In this document: positions 1 through 14,047 of the stretch, piece after piece
Numbering within the stretch: position 1 is the stretch's first letter
Layout: each line of letters opens with the position of its first letter
DNA from: Podarcis bocagei
Lineage: Eukaryota
Length of the DNA stretch: 64,000 nucleotides
Direction: 5' to 3' (one strand)
Assembly (NCBI GenBank): GCA_964188305.1
Contig: OZ076887.1
Notes under the pieces: generated by a model
Told to the model about the DNA's origin: nothing
The model's database searches: none
The model's input: only the letters and a program-made list of their open reading frames with translations
Made by a program: the position numbers and the translations under genes

Positions 1-221
1 TGGTTTTTGGAATAACGATCCATTCTCCTTAGAGTACAAGTCCCCTTTCTGTTGTTAACTCTGCTTTGATGCTCCAGAAGTCCTTAATTTCCCATTGCTC
101 TTGAGACTTGATTTTGGGCCAATCTCCTTTTATCATCCTAATAAACTTTTTCATAGTTTCATCTTTGTTTCTTATTTCTTCCATTTTCTCTTCAGTGGCT
201 GGAATGCTTGTGAATATCATG

Positions 222-816
222 TGTCAAAGAGTGAGTCGGCAGTAAATCACACGGTCAAAGTTGGAGTTAACGGTTTATTAGCAAAAACACAATCTTCACA
301 GACTGGGCTGAGAGTCAGGCCTAATGAGCACAGCAGCTCATCTCTGATAGGTCTGGCCACATTAATCAGTTGCCCAGACTGAAAGTCCTCACCTCCCCAC
401 ACCACAGCCGTCAAAGTCCCTTCCTCTCCAGGGGTTTCCTAACAATCAGAGACTGCCCCTGCGTGTTCAGCCTGCCACTGCTCTGCCCATTTCAGCTCTC
501 TTCTGGTTCTGGGAGACAATGGGGGAAGAGAGCTTGTCACAGAAGGATGGGGAGAGACCCATGGCTCTTCACCAGCCTGACTGATCTCTGCCTCTTGGCC
601 TCCCTTCTCCCACTCTCCTGTTTCAACTTCTGCCTCTGATTCTGGACTTCTCCCAGCTCACTAAGCCCTGTTACCTCTTCCCAGTCTTCTCCCTCTTCTA
701 TCTCTGACCACTCGTCGTTGTAACATCGCTACTCCCCAGGCTCTGAGCCTTCTTCCCTTGGTGGTTCCATGGCTGATTCCTCCCACCATCCCTCTGCGTC
801 CAACCTGTCCATGACA
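222..816 (-). mobile_element. Solo LTR inserted into the Gypsy fossil
   Basis: TGTCA...TGACA termini; flanks tcatg/tcaag (5-bp TSD, 1 mismatch); minus-strand AATAAA at 274-279; the pol reading EQQVH|MIFTSIP resumes across it. Confidence 0.75.
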
Positions 817-843
817 TCAAGTGTACTTGCTGCTCCTTTGTAG

Positions 844-964
844 CAGAGGCAGTTAACCTATGGCCCTCCAACGGTTGTTGGACTTCAGCATCCATCAGTC
901 CCAGCTAACTGATGGGAGGTCTATCCTGACAACACCTGGGGGGCTATGAGTTTCCCACCCACTG
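844..964. mobile_element. Palindromic ~130-bp squamate hAT-type MITE (copy 1). Other copies at about 1596-1731, 9151-9282, 9847-9977, 18489-18623, 20080-20212, 35570-35700, 41427-41533, 59529-59661.
   Basis: Shared self-complementary core ggccctccaga...gttgttggact...cccatca / tgatggga...gtccaacaac...ctggagggcc, repeated through the window. Confidence 0.75.
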
Positions 965-3297
965 CTGTATAGCATTCTTTCTAGGTAGAAATGTTTTGGT
1001 TGAAAAGTTTGCTTGATTTATTTCTGTCCTTGGTTTATAGCTAGTTTTTCAGACGATATTTCAGAAGCAGGGGCAAACATTGTTTACAATCTGGCTGCAC
1101 AATCTGGCTCAAGTTGGCACCTCAACTTGAGGCTTCTTCAGTGTGTTCTCCAGTGGCTTGTGGTCTGTCTTCACCATAACTGTTGTTCCACCTTAGTTGC
1201 ATTGATGGATATTTGCACAATCTACCACAATTACAAACATTTCTTCTCATCCCTAAGCCTCCACCACTTGTGTAAAGTTAACTTATCACTGCTAACCCTG
1301 GAGAAAATCTGACTAAACAGTTAAACATTCCCAATATAGTTTCCATCTCTGATATGGATGTTGAGGTTTCCAGTTGTTATATTGCTGCAGTTTTGCTTTA
1401 GATCTGGTTTTATTTCTTTTGGAGCCAGTATAAGGCCAAAAAAGTAATATTGCTGATCTTTATCTGCATTTTATTTTGATTTAGTTTCTGGGTTTTTCTT
1501 TCTGCATCTTTGCAGCTGTGTTGTCTGGTTTTGTTTCTTCCACATAGAGGCATGCATTAATGTATCAACAGTAATGATTTTGACACCTGGTAATTCAAGG
1601 ATGGAGAACCTATGGCCCTCCAGGTGGTGCTGGGCTCCAACTCCCACCAGCCCCAGCCAGCTTAGCCAATCATCAGGCATGATGGGAGTTGGAGTCCAAC
1701 AACACCTGGAGTGCAATAAGCTCCCCATCTGTACTGTAACCCTTCTACTAATCAATGGATTTTCCTTTGAAAGATTCCTGGGTGGAGGAAATTCCTAAAG
1801 GCACCCTGCTGAAGTTCCATCAGCCTTCAGTGCATTGACTTGTGTCAGTTGGCTGGTTCTTAATCTAGCATCAGCTGCCAGTATCTTGTTTGTGCATTCA
1901 ATATATTTAAGTCTTTGGCTTGTGACAGCTTGTATGTAAGAAGCTTGTAGTTTGCTGTCAAATTTAAATCTCTTGGATTGAAGACGTTAACTCTGCAGCC
2001 ACCATAGAGTTTACCCAATCTGCCACTTCGTCTGCACTCGCCAGTACTCCAGTTTGCACCATGTTCCATTTCAGTTTTTCTCTTTGAGAACAAGATTAAT
2101 GTTTCCAAGTGCATGAACAACTGGTTATGCTTCTGGCTTCAACTCTGTTTGACACTGGTTTGGTGCACAGCCTAGATCTGCAAATTCATCTGCAAGCATT
2201 CTTTCCGTTTTTGCTTTCTTGGGGCCAAACTATACCTTGTGCTTTATGCATTGCATGAAGTGCCATCTCCATTTTTCTTGGCTCACTTACAGCCATAGAG
2301 GGATTTCAGTTGTTACTGGAGCCACAGTGTACAAGGAGAGAAGGTTTATCACTTCCCTCCCTAGCCGTAAGCACCAATCGCCCCCCTTGCAGTGCTACAA
2401 AGTTTTGTACAAAAGTTCTCATTGGCACCAAAGGGTACTGCCTTTTTTTTTTTTAACCAATGCTTTCAAGGCAGACAGATGCCAACAACGATAATAGCCA
2501 TGATGGTGGTTTTTTTTTGGGGGGGGGGAGATGTTATGACTAGAGAAGGAAGGGATCAGCCTTCCCCTCCTCATGCAGGCCAAAGACTTTTCATATTTGG
2601 TCTAAAGGAATGTGATTGTTTATCTTGTCCCATATCTTATGATAGGGCAGAGCTACATATTGTATATAGCTCTGACAACAAAAAGTCTGTAGAGACTAAC
2701 AGATTGATTACGGAGTAAGATTTTGCAAACTAGAATCCACATCTTCAGCTGGCATGCGATATACAAGGGTAGAGAAAAAAATGGGGCCAAATGACTCTGA
2801 AATGTAAAAATAATAATTGTGTGGGACCACTCTATGTACAGCTTAAAAGAAGCACTGTGACCATTTGCAACAGCAATAATTGGTGTTTCTCAGCTGTTGT
2901 TCTGAATAGTCAGTTTACTTACCTTAAGCTTTCTATAGAATTGTCACAGTCCTTTTGCATTTTGTAGCCATTCCTTCCTGATTTTTTCTCTATACTCCCT
3001 TCCTCTAGAGTAACATAGCATGGGTACTCTCCAGAAAATGAGGTTGTATGATTTTTTTTTTAATCATGTAAAACACCTGTAGTTGACTTTCAGTTGGGAA
3101 GGGAAGGGAAGGGAAGAGGTAGAAAAGTGAGCGTTCAGCCCTTTCCTTCCCAACCACTCAAAATCTTACAGTTCTTTATAGACAGCCAGGCCTTATCAAA
3201 GCTAAACAGCCAAACTCATTTCAATAATGGGTGGGTGTATGGTAGCTGCCCTTGCTGAATCCTCAGATTCTCAGGGAGCAGAGCAATGAGCTGCTGG

Positions 3298-3497
3298 CAG
3301 TGGCAGAGCTTCATGCTCCAGCACCGGGGGGCAGAGAGCAGGTGGGGGCTGGGCTGGCGCACATCTGGGGGTGTGGCATGCCACTTGCAGGGGTGTGGCA
3401 CCCAGCGCGGATGGGTGTGCAGCTGCGATGGCACTCCACTGGGATCGCACTGCCGGGGACGGTGTGCTCCACCCGCACTCCTCTTCCTCCGCCAGTG
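3298..3497. mobile_element. GC-rich non-autonomous hAT element
   Basis: TIR cagtggcagag / ctccgccagtg; exact 8-bp TSD gctgctgg (3290-3297, 3498-3505). Confidence 0.8.
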
Positions 3498-3816
3498 GCT
3501 GCTGGCACCTCCTAATCCCTTCAATGGTTGTCAACCTGGTGAACCCTAAGCCTTCTTGGGAGTAGTGTAGAATCAGGAAGCCCCACCGGACCCTTAAAGT
3601 GATGAATTGGTTATTTATCCTCCTTGCACCACTGCTTCATTTCTCTAGCCTTATCTCAGATTCATCATTTGTCAAGCTTGTCTGCTCAATGAATAAATCG
3701 CGAAGGTAAAAAAAGAAAGAAAAAAGGTGCCGCTTATGTTGAATAGTTAACACACGAAGAGCGCTTAAGAGTAACTCTTGATTTGTGTGTTTGTGTGTTT
3801 TTACGTTTTTTTGAAG

Positions 3817-4026
3817 AGAAGGAAGTGCCAAGCAGACCTTTAAGAGTGCGCGGCCGACCATCGTCAGCTGACAGGGCGTTTGTTCGGTGGAGGCCACCCC
3901 ATTCTTCAGGTTCAAGGAGCCTACGCAGATATCCAGGTTACCTCTTGGGATATGGAGAGAGCAGCAGAAAGATGAGTTATAAGCCACTGCCAAAAGAAGA
4001 AAGAAGTCATGAGGTTAAAAGATTAG
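3817..4026 (+). CDS. FNDC1: FNDC1 coding exon (~exon 5), N-terminal part of 2nd FN3: EKEVPSRPLRVRG...GYLLGYGESSRKMSYKPLPKEERSHEVKRL
   Basis: ttttttgaag acceptor, G|gtaagt donor, phase 1-1, 210 bp. Confidence 0.9.
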
Positions 4027-4946
4027 GTAAGTCAAGGCCAAAGTTTATTTCGCACAAAATAATGTTTGGCACTTTTGTTTGGGATGATGAAGCATCGGGT
4101 TGGGTTCAACTAACCAGGCGCCCTAGCGGAAGCCAATGCAAGGGCACCCAGTAGTGCAATAGGACTCCCCCCCCCCCGTGCTATCCCCTGTGCCACTCTA
4201 GAGGGTCAGGAGAATGCCCAGTGGGGTGTGGGTGTGTTCTGCTGGGCAAGTGGAAACATTTGTGCTGATTCCTTCTCCCTAGTAATTTGGTTCAGTGGGT
4301 TAATTCACTCATTAGAGCAGATTCCTGAAAGTGTCTAATACACTTATATCTAGAATGTGACTGCATGTGTTATGATCTGCTATGTAAGCAGTTCTAGGTG
4401 TTTAATTAAGCAAAAGGGAAATCTTGACCAGGACAAAAAAGGCAATGGCGTGTATCCAACTAAGTTCTCCTCAAAGGTGACCCATTGAAATCAATGAGCC
4501 CAAAATCATCATGCACATTACTTTCACTGGGTCCACTCTGAGTATGACTACTATTATGCTGAATTACTCAAACTAAGTTGCAGTAACTTCATAGAAGAGG
4601 TAGCTTATAATTTTTGTAATGTTTCAGCTAAATTGAGTGTTAGCAAGCCAAGTATTACTCCACTTACAACAGTTTAGTGGAGATAAAACTTGGCAACAGT
4701 ATTAGAACCAGTAGGTTTCATTGGTTTAATTGACTCAAGCTTCAGTTAATTAGTCAGAGGGGTCCAGTTTCAAATATTAGGGGTCAATTTTAAGCAAAAG
4801 AGCTTCAAATTAAGGGCAAACTTGCACTTTGTTTAAGCCTCATTTGGTTCTGATGTTACATCCTCCACATCTTTAGAAGTTGTGTGCCACATTTTAAGAA
4901 AAAACATCAACAAACTGCTCACTGAATCGCCAGACAAAGAGAAGAC

Positions 4947-5088
4947 AGAATCATAGAATTGTAGAGTCGGAAGGGACCCTGAGGATCATCTAGTCCAATC
5001 CCCTGGAATGCAGGAATCTTTTGCCCAATGTGGGGTTTGAACCCATGATTCTGAGATTAAGTATCTCATGTTCTTCCCACAAGTTATC
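4947..5088 (-). mobile_element. tRNA-derived SINE with CR1-type tail (Squam3-like). Partial copies near 33094-33160 (-) and 60989-61047 (+).
   Basis: Minus strand shows a tRNA-like head with a ggttcaaacccc B box and a CR1-type tail ending ctctacaattctatgattct. Confidence 0.7.
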
Positions 5089-6417
5089 CCAACCAACAGA
5101 AGTTATCAAAATTTGTCCGATGGGTTTGCATAGCCCCTTGGTTAGTGTTTCCATATGAGGTAAAATGTAGAGGAATTTCAGAGTAGAACAGCTGAGGAAT
5201 TTCCTACAGGAAAGCGTTCAGGTGTGGAAACCCCAAAGGTGATTCCTCTTTGAGAAAATTGCATGTGAGGTGTGGCATTATAATTCACTACACGGTGCAT
5301 GACTGCTACTTCATACTCAAACTGAGACTCAGAAGAGAAGCTGGTTTAATTTCTGTGTAAACAGCGCAGGAAATCCAGCTGTAACTTGTTAGCTCAAGAT
5401 GGAGCAATGGCAAATGAAGTCACCCTAAGCGGAGGTGGGAAGAGCAACTGGTGGGAAATTAAGGTTAGAGGCTCTTGTCCAAGTTCTAACCTCAAGATGG
5501 CTGTTCTGCCAGTCCGCCAATGCATGTAGGAATATGCGGAGCAAGGTGAAGGAGGTTGCCTTGAAGGAAGGAAATGACAATCAGCTTAATCTTAAAAAGC
5601 AAAACTCATATTGGCTGCAGCATAGCCAATGCAGATGTAATGGAATAATCTTATCTTCATGTGGTACAGTCTTAAACTATCTGATCTAATTTGTCCCCGG
5701 GGAAAAGAGATGAAATCCTAGTTACTTAGTGATGAATTGGGAACAGGTGGTGCAAGATAGGAAGCAGAGACTTTGGTTTTAGCTGGTTGACTTGTATAGT
5801 GTTGGTGTGTGTTGAGTAGTTCATACTGGTTTCAGCCCATGGCCCTGGTCACAGGGAATTGTGCCACATCCGTGGGTGGCTATGGAAACTAAAGAAGGCT
5901 GGCGTGGAACCATCATTCAATATTTTTAAAGAAGAAACCTGCTAGGATTCACACTTAATTGGATACTGTGCCCTCTACCAGTCTTGCAGCCTGTTCCCAG
6001 ATGTGTGGAGGCTAGTTGGGTTCACTCAGGAGTCCAATAACATCTGGAGGGCCACAGGCTTCTCCACCCCACGCTTTACTGCATTTTAAGATTGATACTG
6101 ACATTTCTAATTTAGGGTTTGGGGGGGGGACAAATGAATCACAGTATTCTATATTTTTGAGACTATGCCTGCTATAAATTACCGGTATTTAACTCCAGCC
6201 ATTTGAGCTATTGATCATGGTTTACTAACATGAGAAGCCAGTCTGTAAGTGGCCATGATAGTAAAGAAAGAAGGCCCTGATTGAGGTCGCCCATCTGAGG
6301 TTGAGTGGGCTAAGGGGCTAATCAGGATAATTATGTAAGCAGGACCATTAAGCCTGGCCCAATATAGAAGCATCATGTAGTTCTGTTGCAATAAGAGGCC
6401 AATGCTAATGATGATGA

Positions 6418-6585
<168 letters not shown>

Positions 6586-7418
6586 TAGACTTTATTTTGT
6601 TTGCATCTAGATATGCCAGAGGTGTTCCAAGTCCAACCTGTATGAAGCTACTGAAAGATGGCATGGTCAGGGGATCACTTCAGGATAAAATAAAGCGAGT
6701 GGTTTCATACCTTCCTTTGCACATGAGTAATAAGGCTGACCTGTACTAGTGCCAATCCACAGCATGTCTGGCGCATCTTGGTGGGTATCTGACCTCAACA
6801 ACCTGCAGTGTACTGCCTCGCAGACTGGTGTCCCTTTTTCACTGCAGATAAGGTGTGAAAAGTATTGTTGTGGATGGTCACGCCTTCATTTTCCAGAAGT
6901 GGTATTGTTTTTCTTCTGTTAGGATTGTTTTTAATTCAGCACATGAAATAGATGAGGACAGGGAAGAGAGAGAGAGATATATAAAAGGCCTTACAGAAGT
7001 TGCCTTACCAGTGCTGGCTCCACATTGGGGGTTCCTTAGGTATATTTGCCACACTGAGGGCCCTTTTCTTCAGTGCCCATTTACTGAGGAGTGGCTTGCT
7101 TGGTAGGGCAGAGCCACAGCTCTAGGGACAAGGCAGCAGCAATGCCAGGACTAGGCAAGCACCTGTGGAGTCAGTCTGTCACTCCCACTGGTACACCTGC
7201 AACAGCTCTGATCTTGCTACCACCACACCCCCCCCCCCCAGTAAGCGGCAGTGATGCTGCTGCTGGGAGGCTATTGTTCTGGCTTTGCCCCACTGGGTGA
7301 ACCACTCTTGCATTTCCATTTGGAAGTGTTTTTTCAAACACCCCATGCTGGAGCATTGCGCAAAGACAGTGAAACTTAGAGCTGCTTGTGAAAGCTCTTA
7401 CAGAAGCATGAGAACCAT

Positions 7419-7700
7419 TAGGGTTGCCATATTTTAAAAAGTGAAAATCTGGACACAAAAGTTGTTGAGCTTTCTTGGGCAAGGTTTTGAGCTTTTTTTG
7501 GTCAAAGTTGCTGAGCTTTTTTGGCAAAATCACAAAAATGACACTTTTGAGGTATTTTTCAGGAAGGTCAACAAAAACGACACTGCCAGCATGGGTGCTG
7601 CCATACGTCTGGATTTTCCCAGACATTTTGCCATTTTCCGCCCGGACACTGCTTCTGACTGTGGTATCCTGGGTGTGTCTGGGAAATTCCAGACACTATG
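7419..7700. mobile_element. hAT-type MITE remnant
   Basis: tagggttgcca terminus, internal ccggacac/ctggacac and gttgagcttt repeats; right end decayed. Confidence 0.5.
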
Positions 7701-7895
7701 ATTTAGTGTAGAAGATCATGTGACACACGGTTAATTTTAATGACACTCCTGTGTTTGAGAAAATGTGATCATGGCCTTATTATTGTGACTCAAAATTTCT
7801 ATGTCCCCCAAACATTTAACTTGTACTTCTGCTGAATATAGTCCAATGGACTTGTGATGAGCTGAAGAGTTATAGTTGTGCTTTATATCTTGTGA

Positions 7896-8126
<231 letters not shown>

Positions 8127-8598
8127 TAAGAATGTGATTTATACGAGTTAATTGCTTGGGGTTGGATCTGAGACTACTTGGGGCTGCTTTACACAGAATT
8201 CTACATCATTCAACATCTCATTTCTTAGTGACTCACCAATTGATTACCCAACTGAAAAGAATTGTGTTTGAGGGCCATTTATGATGTTCCACCATATGGG
8301 TACATGCTGCCCAGATGGATTTCATGGGAGGAATTCAATGTGTTCCATCAGCACAAGTCTTTCAGCTTGACTGATGGAACAATCCCCCCTCTTCTCCCAT
8401 TGTGCACTGTTCTGGGAGTTGTCCTGACTCCCCCTGAGCCAATTTGGGGATGGGCATGAGGGAGCGCGGGGGAGGGAAAGGGGAAAGCCCCATTGTACAC
8501 CTGGAAGTCATTGCACAGGGCTTCCACTGATGGGACTCGTCAGGTGAATCCTGCCACAATCATTTTGCTCCCCTCTCTTCTTCTGTAATATCTAATAA

Positions 8599-8833
8599 AA
8601 GAGTTTGGATTTGATATCCCGCTTTATCACTACCTGAATGAGTCTCAAAGTGGCCAACAATCTCCTTTCCCTTCCTCCCCCACAACAAGCACTCTGTGAG
8701 GTGAGTGGGAACGAGAGATTTCAAAGAAGTGTGACTAGCCCAAGGTCACCCAGCAGCTGCATGTGGAGGAGCGGAAATGCGAGCCCGGTTCACCAGATTG
8801 CAAGTCCACCGCTCTTAACCACTACACCACACT
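8599..8833 (-). mobile_element. tRNA-derived CORE/L2-tailed SINE (Squam2/MIR-like)
   Basis: Minus strand begins cagtgtggtgtagtggttaagagc (A box); core ...gggtgaccttgggctagtcac...; L2-type tail ...gcgggatatcaaatccaaactc. Confidence 0.7.
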
Positions 8834-9326
8834 GTCTCTCAAGATAATAGCACATATCTTGTGCTGTGATGTCACACCATTCTTTGTTTCTGTCCCCAAC
8901 TCACTCTACATCCTTGCCCCTTGGAAGTGGTCACAAAATGTGGAAACTTCATAGCATGGGCAAGTTTTGACAGGCAGAATAGAGAATGAGGAGTAGGTAA
9001 ATGCACTTCTACTATTTTGGGTGAAAGGTGTACATTTTACTGTGACGTCTCCTTTGGGCCTTAAACTCACATGAACATTTGTGTATGATGGTGTCAGTGC
9101 CATGCACACAAGTAAGAAAAAGAGGCTGGTATTGTTCAGGTTCTTTTAGTCCAGTCTTCCCCATCTTTGTTTCCTCCAGTTGTTGTTGGACTCCAGTTCC
9201 CATCATCCCTGACCATGGAGCATCCTGGCTCAGGGATCATGGAGTCCAACAACACCTGGAGGGAACCAGGTTGGGGAAGCCTGCTCTAGTCCATTTCCAA
9301 AGTGTTTTGCAGAATCTGGATTTTAA

Positions 9327-9644
<318 letters not shown>

Positions 9645-12421
9645 TAAATCACCTTGAAATTAACATGAAAGGCAATTAATACATTAACAAATTAACAAAC
9701 TAACACGAGAGGTTCTAAGCTCCAGCTCAGGTAGAGCCGCTGAGCAAAGTTGAAGGAAACCACATATTCAATCCTGAAAATCCAGTGGCTATAATGTACT
9801 CAGCTTCTGTTTGTGGCTTGAAAATCCTGCTGCTCTGCTCTAGGTCCAGGGCTGGGGGATCTGTGGCTCTCCATATCTTCTTTGACTCCCATCAACCACA
9901 GCCAGAATTGCCAAGGATCAATGTTGATTGGGTTATAGTCCAACAACATCTAGAGGGCTGCTGGTTCTCTAGCCCTGTTTTAGGTAATATGCTCTTATTG
10001 CCTGGTGGTCTGCTGGCAGGCTGAAATGTCTTTGGTTGTTCGCAGTGCTTGCAAACAGAGGACTTTCAGCTGTGGAACATTTTGACCTTGACTCCTGAGT
10101 GCTCAGCTACACCACAGATCTAAAATGGCCTGGTAGATTTTCCTTCTCTCCCATGGATTTTAGTTTTGTGAGGGACCAATAAGAGAGAATTCCTGTAACT
10201 TTCATTGAGCCACAGTCCCTCAGATTTTCTTTGACTGCTTGATTCTCTTTGCTACCTTTTTTCAAGACATTTCTAGCCATCAGCATGATCTATAGGCAAG
10301 TTCCAAATTCCACACCATAACCCCAGATAGAGCGGAAGGTTGTGCAGACAGACCAGCATGGAACCAAGGTGTGGGTCAAGAATGCTGAACTGGAAGAGAC
10401 TGGATTATACAGGGTGGTGAAAGCAGCCACAAGAGAGGTCTATTTTTAATTTGCACAGATACTCTGACTCCTTCTGTTAACACTAGATGAATTTTGTTCA
10501 TCTATCCAAATATTGCCTATTTTGGAAGAACACGTGCCCCGTGTAGCTACTGCTGGCAAGCTGTGATATTACGTGTCGTGTAAATGGCTGGTAGAGTCTA
10601 TATTTTTCAAAGATAGTATTATCCACTTGTCTTTATTTTGAATTTTCTGTTGTTTTGAGTTATCACCATAGGCACCACTTTTTATATATACAGAAGCAAA
10701 TTCTGAATACAGCAACTCATGCAAAGCAATTGCTCCACTTCTGGTACTGCAGAAAAGGGACTGATGCTTTGGGATCAAAAATTCAGAGTTAAATTATGTA
10801 GAGGAAGCATTTTTACACAGCAAATCAGTTGTGGAGTGGAGGGGCTCATGTGATCTTTCTTTGGGGTGAATGTAGAGTTGGGGGAGGGCATTAATGTCTC
10901 TTACAAACTGATTGATTCAATTTGAATCTAAAGGGAAATCTGTCAAATATTCCCTTTTCAAAATATGGGAACCAAAATACAGTAATCTTTTGAAAGTCAC
11001 ACTTCTCTTAATTTTGCAGTTCTGTCTTCCAACAAACTAGCATTTACAAAAATGCATATATTGGGGAAGGTGTATAAAAAATAATACATAGGTGAAAATA
11101 ACATACAAAACCAAATTCTATTAGAAAAATGGTTTGCTTTCAAAAATGTGTACGTTACTCAAAACTGCATACAGAAATGCGTTCATTATCAAAATGCTGA
11201 TGAAATTTCATGAGGATTAAAAACAAACACAGATTGTGGCAGAAACCTGGAGAATTTAAGATCGGAAAAATAAGAAACAGAGAGAATCAAAATGACATAT
11301 CCTTCTGGTATGAAGCCAAACTCCAAAGTGAAGCATTGTGAGCACAAGCTCCAGATGAGTCAAGTGGCAACAGAGAGGAAAAAATACTGTCCTGACCTAC
11401 CTATTGCCTTCCTTCTCCAGTTAGCTGTATCTCTTCTCATTGATTCCTGATCTGAAGTCCTGCTGCTTCCCATGCTGTTGAGGAAGTGCCAATGCCTTGT
11501 GTCAGCTGTGCCCCAGTTTCTGAGAGGGGTGATGCTGGCATGAGGAGGAGCCAGCAACTATGGTGTGGGCTGCTTCATTCATAGCAATGAAGATGTGCTC
11601 CTTTCTGCACCTTGGCAGTGCAGAAAGGAGCACATCTTCATTGCTATTGGCACTGGGTTGTATCCAGTGAAGTCATTGCGTCTGCACATTGACTTCTGCT
11701 TGCAAAACAGAACTTCTCTTCCCTGTCCTCTCCCTCCCTCCTTCCCTCCTGCAAATCTGCTCCAGAGGGTTGGTGGAACCCCTACAACAGATTTGGGAGG
11801 GAAGAGGAAAGAGAAGTTCTGTTTTGCAAGCAGAAGTACTTGTGTGAATGGGACAACTTCATTGAATACAACTCATAATTTTAAAAGGTAATAGTAATAT
11901 CTAAATGCAACTCTAAAAATGACATAGAGCCGTTCTTGGTTATCTTTACATTTAGAGTTGGTTGAGGTGTAAGGCTCTAAGATATCAAATGATTAACATT
12001 TCAAGCAATAGCTGGAAGAGTTAAGAGTGCACATCTGGCTTAAACCTTCCCATGCTTGATGGCATATGATGTTGAACCAGGGAAAGGTGGGCATGGTTCA
12101 CTGAAAATGGCATGGCAGACCAACCTCAGAGGTCTGGCAAGCCTATCTAAGCCCATGGGCCATAGGTCCATCAGCATTAATATATAGCCATGGACTATGT
12201 GCCTTTTATCAACTCTTATTATTTTAATAAACAGCTGATTCACTGTGTTATTTGCAAAATCTTATGATGTCCAAGTTAGGGGTGGTAATATAAATGATAA
12301 ATAGTGAGTGAGAGAGTTGGGTATTTAGTTAAATATATTTGGACATTTGCAACTAAAAAGGCTGACGGAATGTTTGCTCAACTTACTATGTATATGATGT
12401 CTTTGATGCCCCAGCTGTTGA

Positions 12422-13123
<702 letters not shown>

Positions 13124-13166
13124 TGAGGGTACTGGACTGCTACTGGCATAACAATTTCAAAGTATT

Positions 13167-13204
<38 letters not shown>

Positions 13205-13207
<3 letters not shown>

Positions 13208-13401
13208 TTGGTGTCTTCGGGTGTCTTCCCGTGTAAGAGTTGGGGTGTCTAGGCGACGTTTCGACGAGGTCTCACTCGTCATCTTCAGGCTGGTGCTTTC
13301 GGCTTCTTGTTACTAGAACAGAGCAGGATCTCAGTGTTTGAGTTCCTATAAATACTGTTGAGGGGGTGTGGTGTATAGCCTCCAACGTTCTGGGCAGAAA
13401 G

Positions 13402-13403
<2 letters not shown>
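13205..13403 (-). mobile_element. Penelope-like element pseudo-LTR fragment between (TA)n tracts
   Basis: Contains a PLE-type hammerhead motif; flanked by (TA)n at 13169-13204 and 13404-13442. Confidence 0.65.
13250..13295 (-). ncRNA. Minimal hammerhead ribozyme motif (PLE type)
   Basis: Minus-strand RNA: CUGAAGA-U-GACGAG-ugagac-CUCGUC-GAAA-CGUC; perfect 6-bp stem II, palindromic ACGU stem III, GUC triplet. Confidence 0.65.
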
Positions 13404-13446
<43 letters not shown>

Positions 13447-14047
13447 TTCCCAATCCTGTTGAATGTTTGAAATGGCCGTTTACCAAGACAAAGGTCCATC
13501 TCACTCATTATTGTGTATTGCCTGGCAGTGTCTCTCCAGGCACCGAGCCACAGTCCTTGCACCCTGGCTGGCATGGAGATTGCAGGGCTTGGGATGTGGT
13601 GGTTGATTGAGAACCTCACTGCTTCCTGGTTTGAATTGTTCTGTTTGTCTCAGAGACGGATAGATTTGATCTGCAGTGGCATTTAATTTTTGACATTTCA
13701 CATCTGATTCCTGCAAGAAGCAAAACAAATGAAAAAGCTTGCAAGTCTTAGGCCCTCACATTTCAAACTAAAATTTTGTCTTAAAATGCAACCTCATAAC
13801 ATTTCAAATTGTCCATTTTTGACTATTTATGAATATTCATTACTGTGTTTATTCCATGGCTATGTGAACGAGAATTGTAGATTTAGGACAGGGCTTTGAA
13901 TCACCATAATTTAAAACATGGTTTGGGGATGCTGCCAGAATGTTTCATTAGGCAAGCTATTTTCATTTTCTTTTAATAACAGTTGGTTACTTTTATAGAT
14001 TTCTATTTAATCTCCTTCCTTCCCCCTGCCCCTCTCTTCTGTTGTAG

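Larger units (their letters stand above)
1..2215 (-). mobile_element. Highly decayed Gypsy LTR-retrotransposon pol fragment (RT, RNase H, start of integrase region), interrupted by later insertions
   Basis: Minus-strand motifs in pol order: ELKPEA*PVVH (~2130), PRDLN...YWQLMLD (1860-1990), FSRVPLGISS (~1800), IKPDLSKTAAI...ILGMFN (~1320-1420), VKTDHKPLE (~1160), YKPRTEN (~1030), IKGDWP...FWSIKAEL...GLVL*GEWIVIPK (1-130). Many stops and frameshifts. Confidence 0.8.

Noticed and set aside
3216-3565. Cluster of six overlapping ORFs
   Set aside because: Explained by the GC-rich hAT MITE at 3298-3497
6199-6285. Candidate remnant of the missing FN3 exon (RSQSV...ERR)
   Set aside because: Only 3-4 residues match, in-frame stops are present and the donor is poor; indistinguishable from chance
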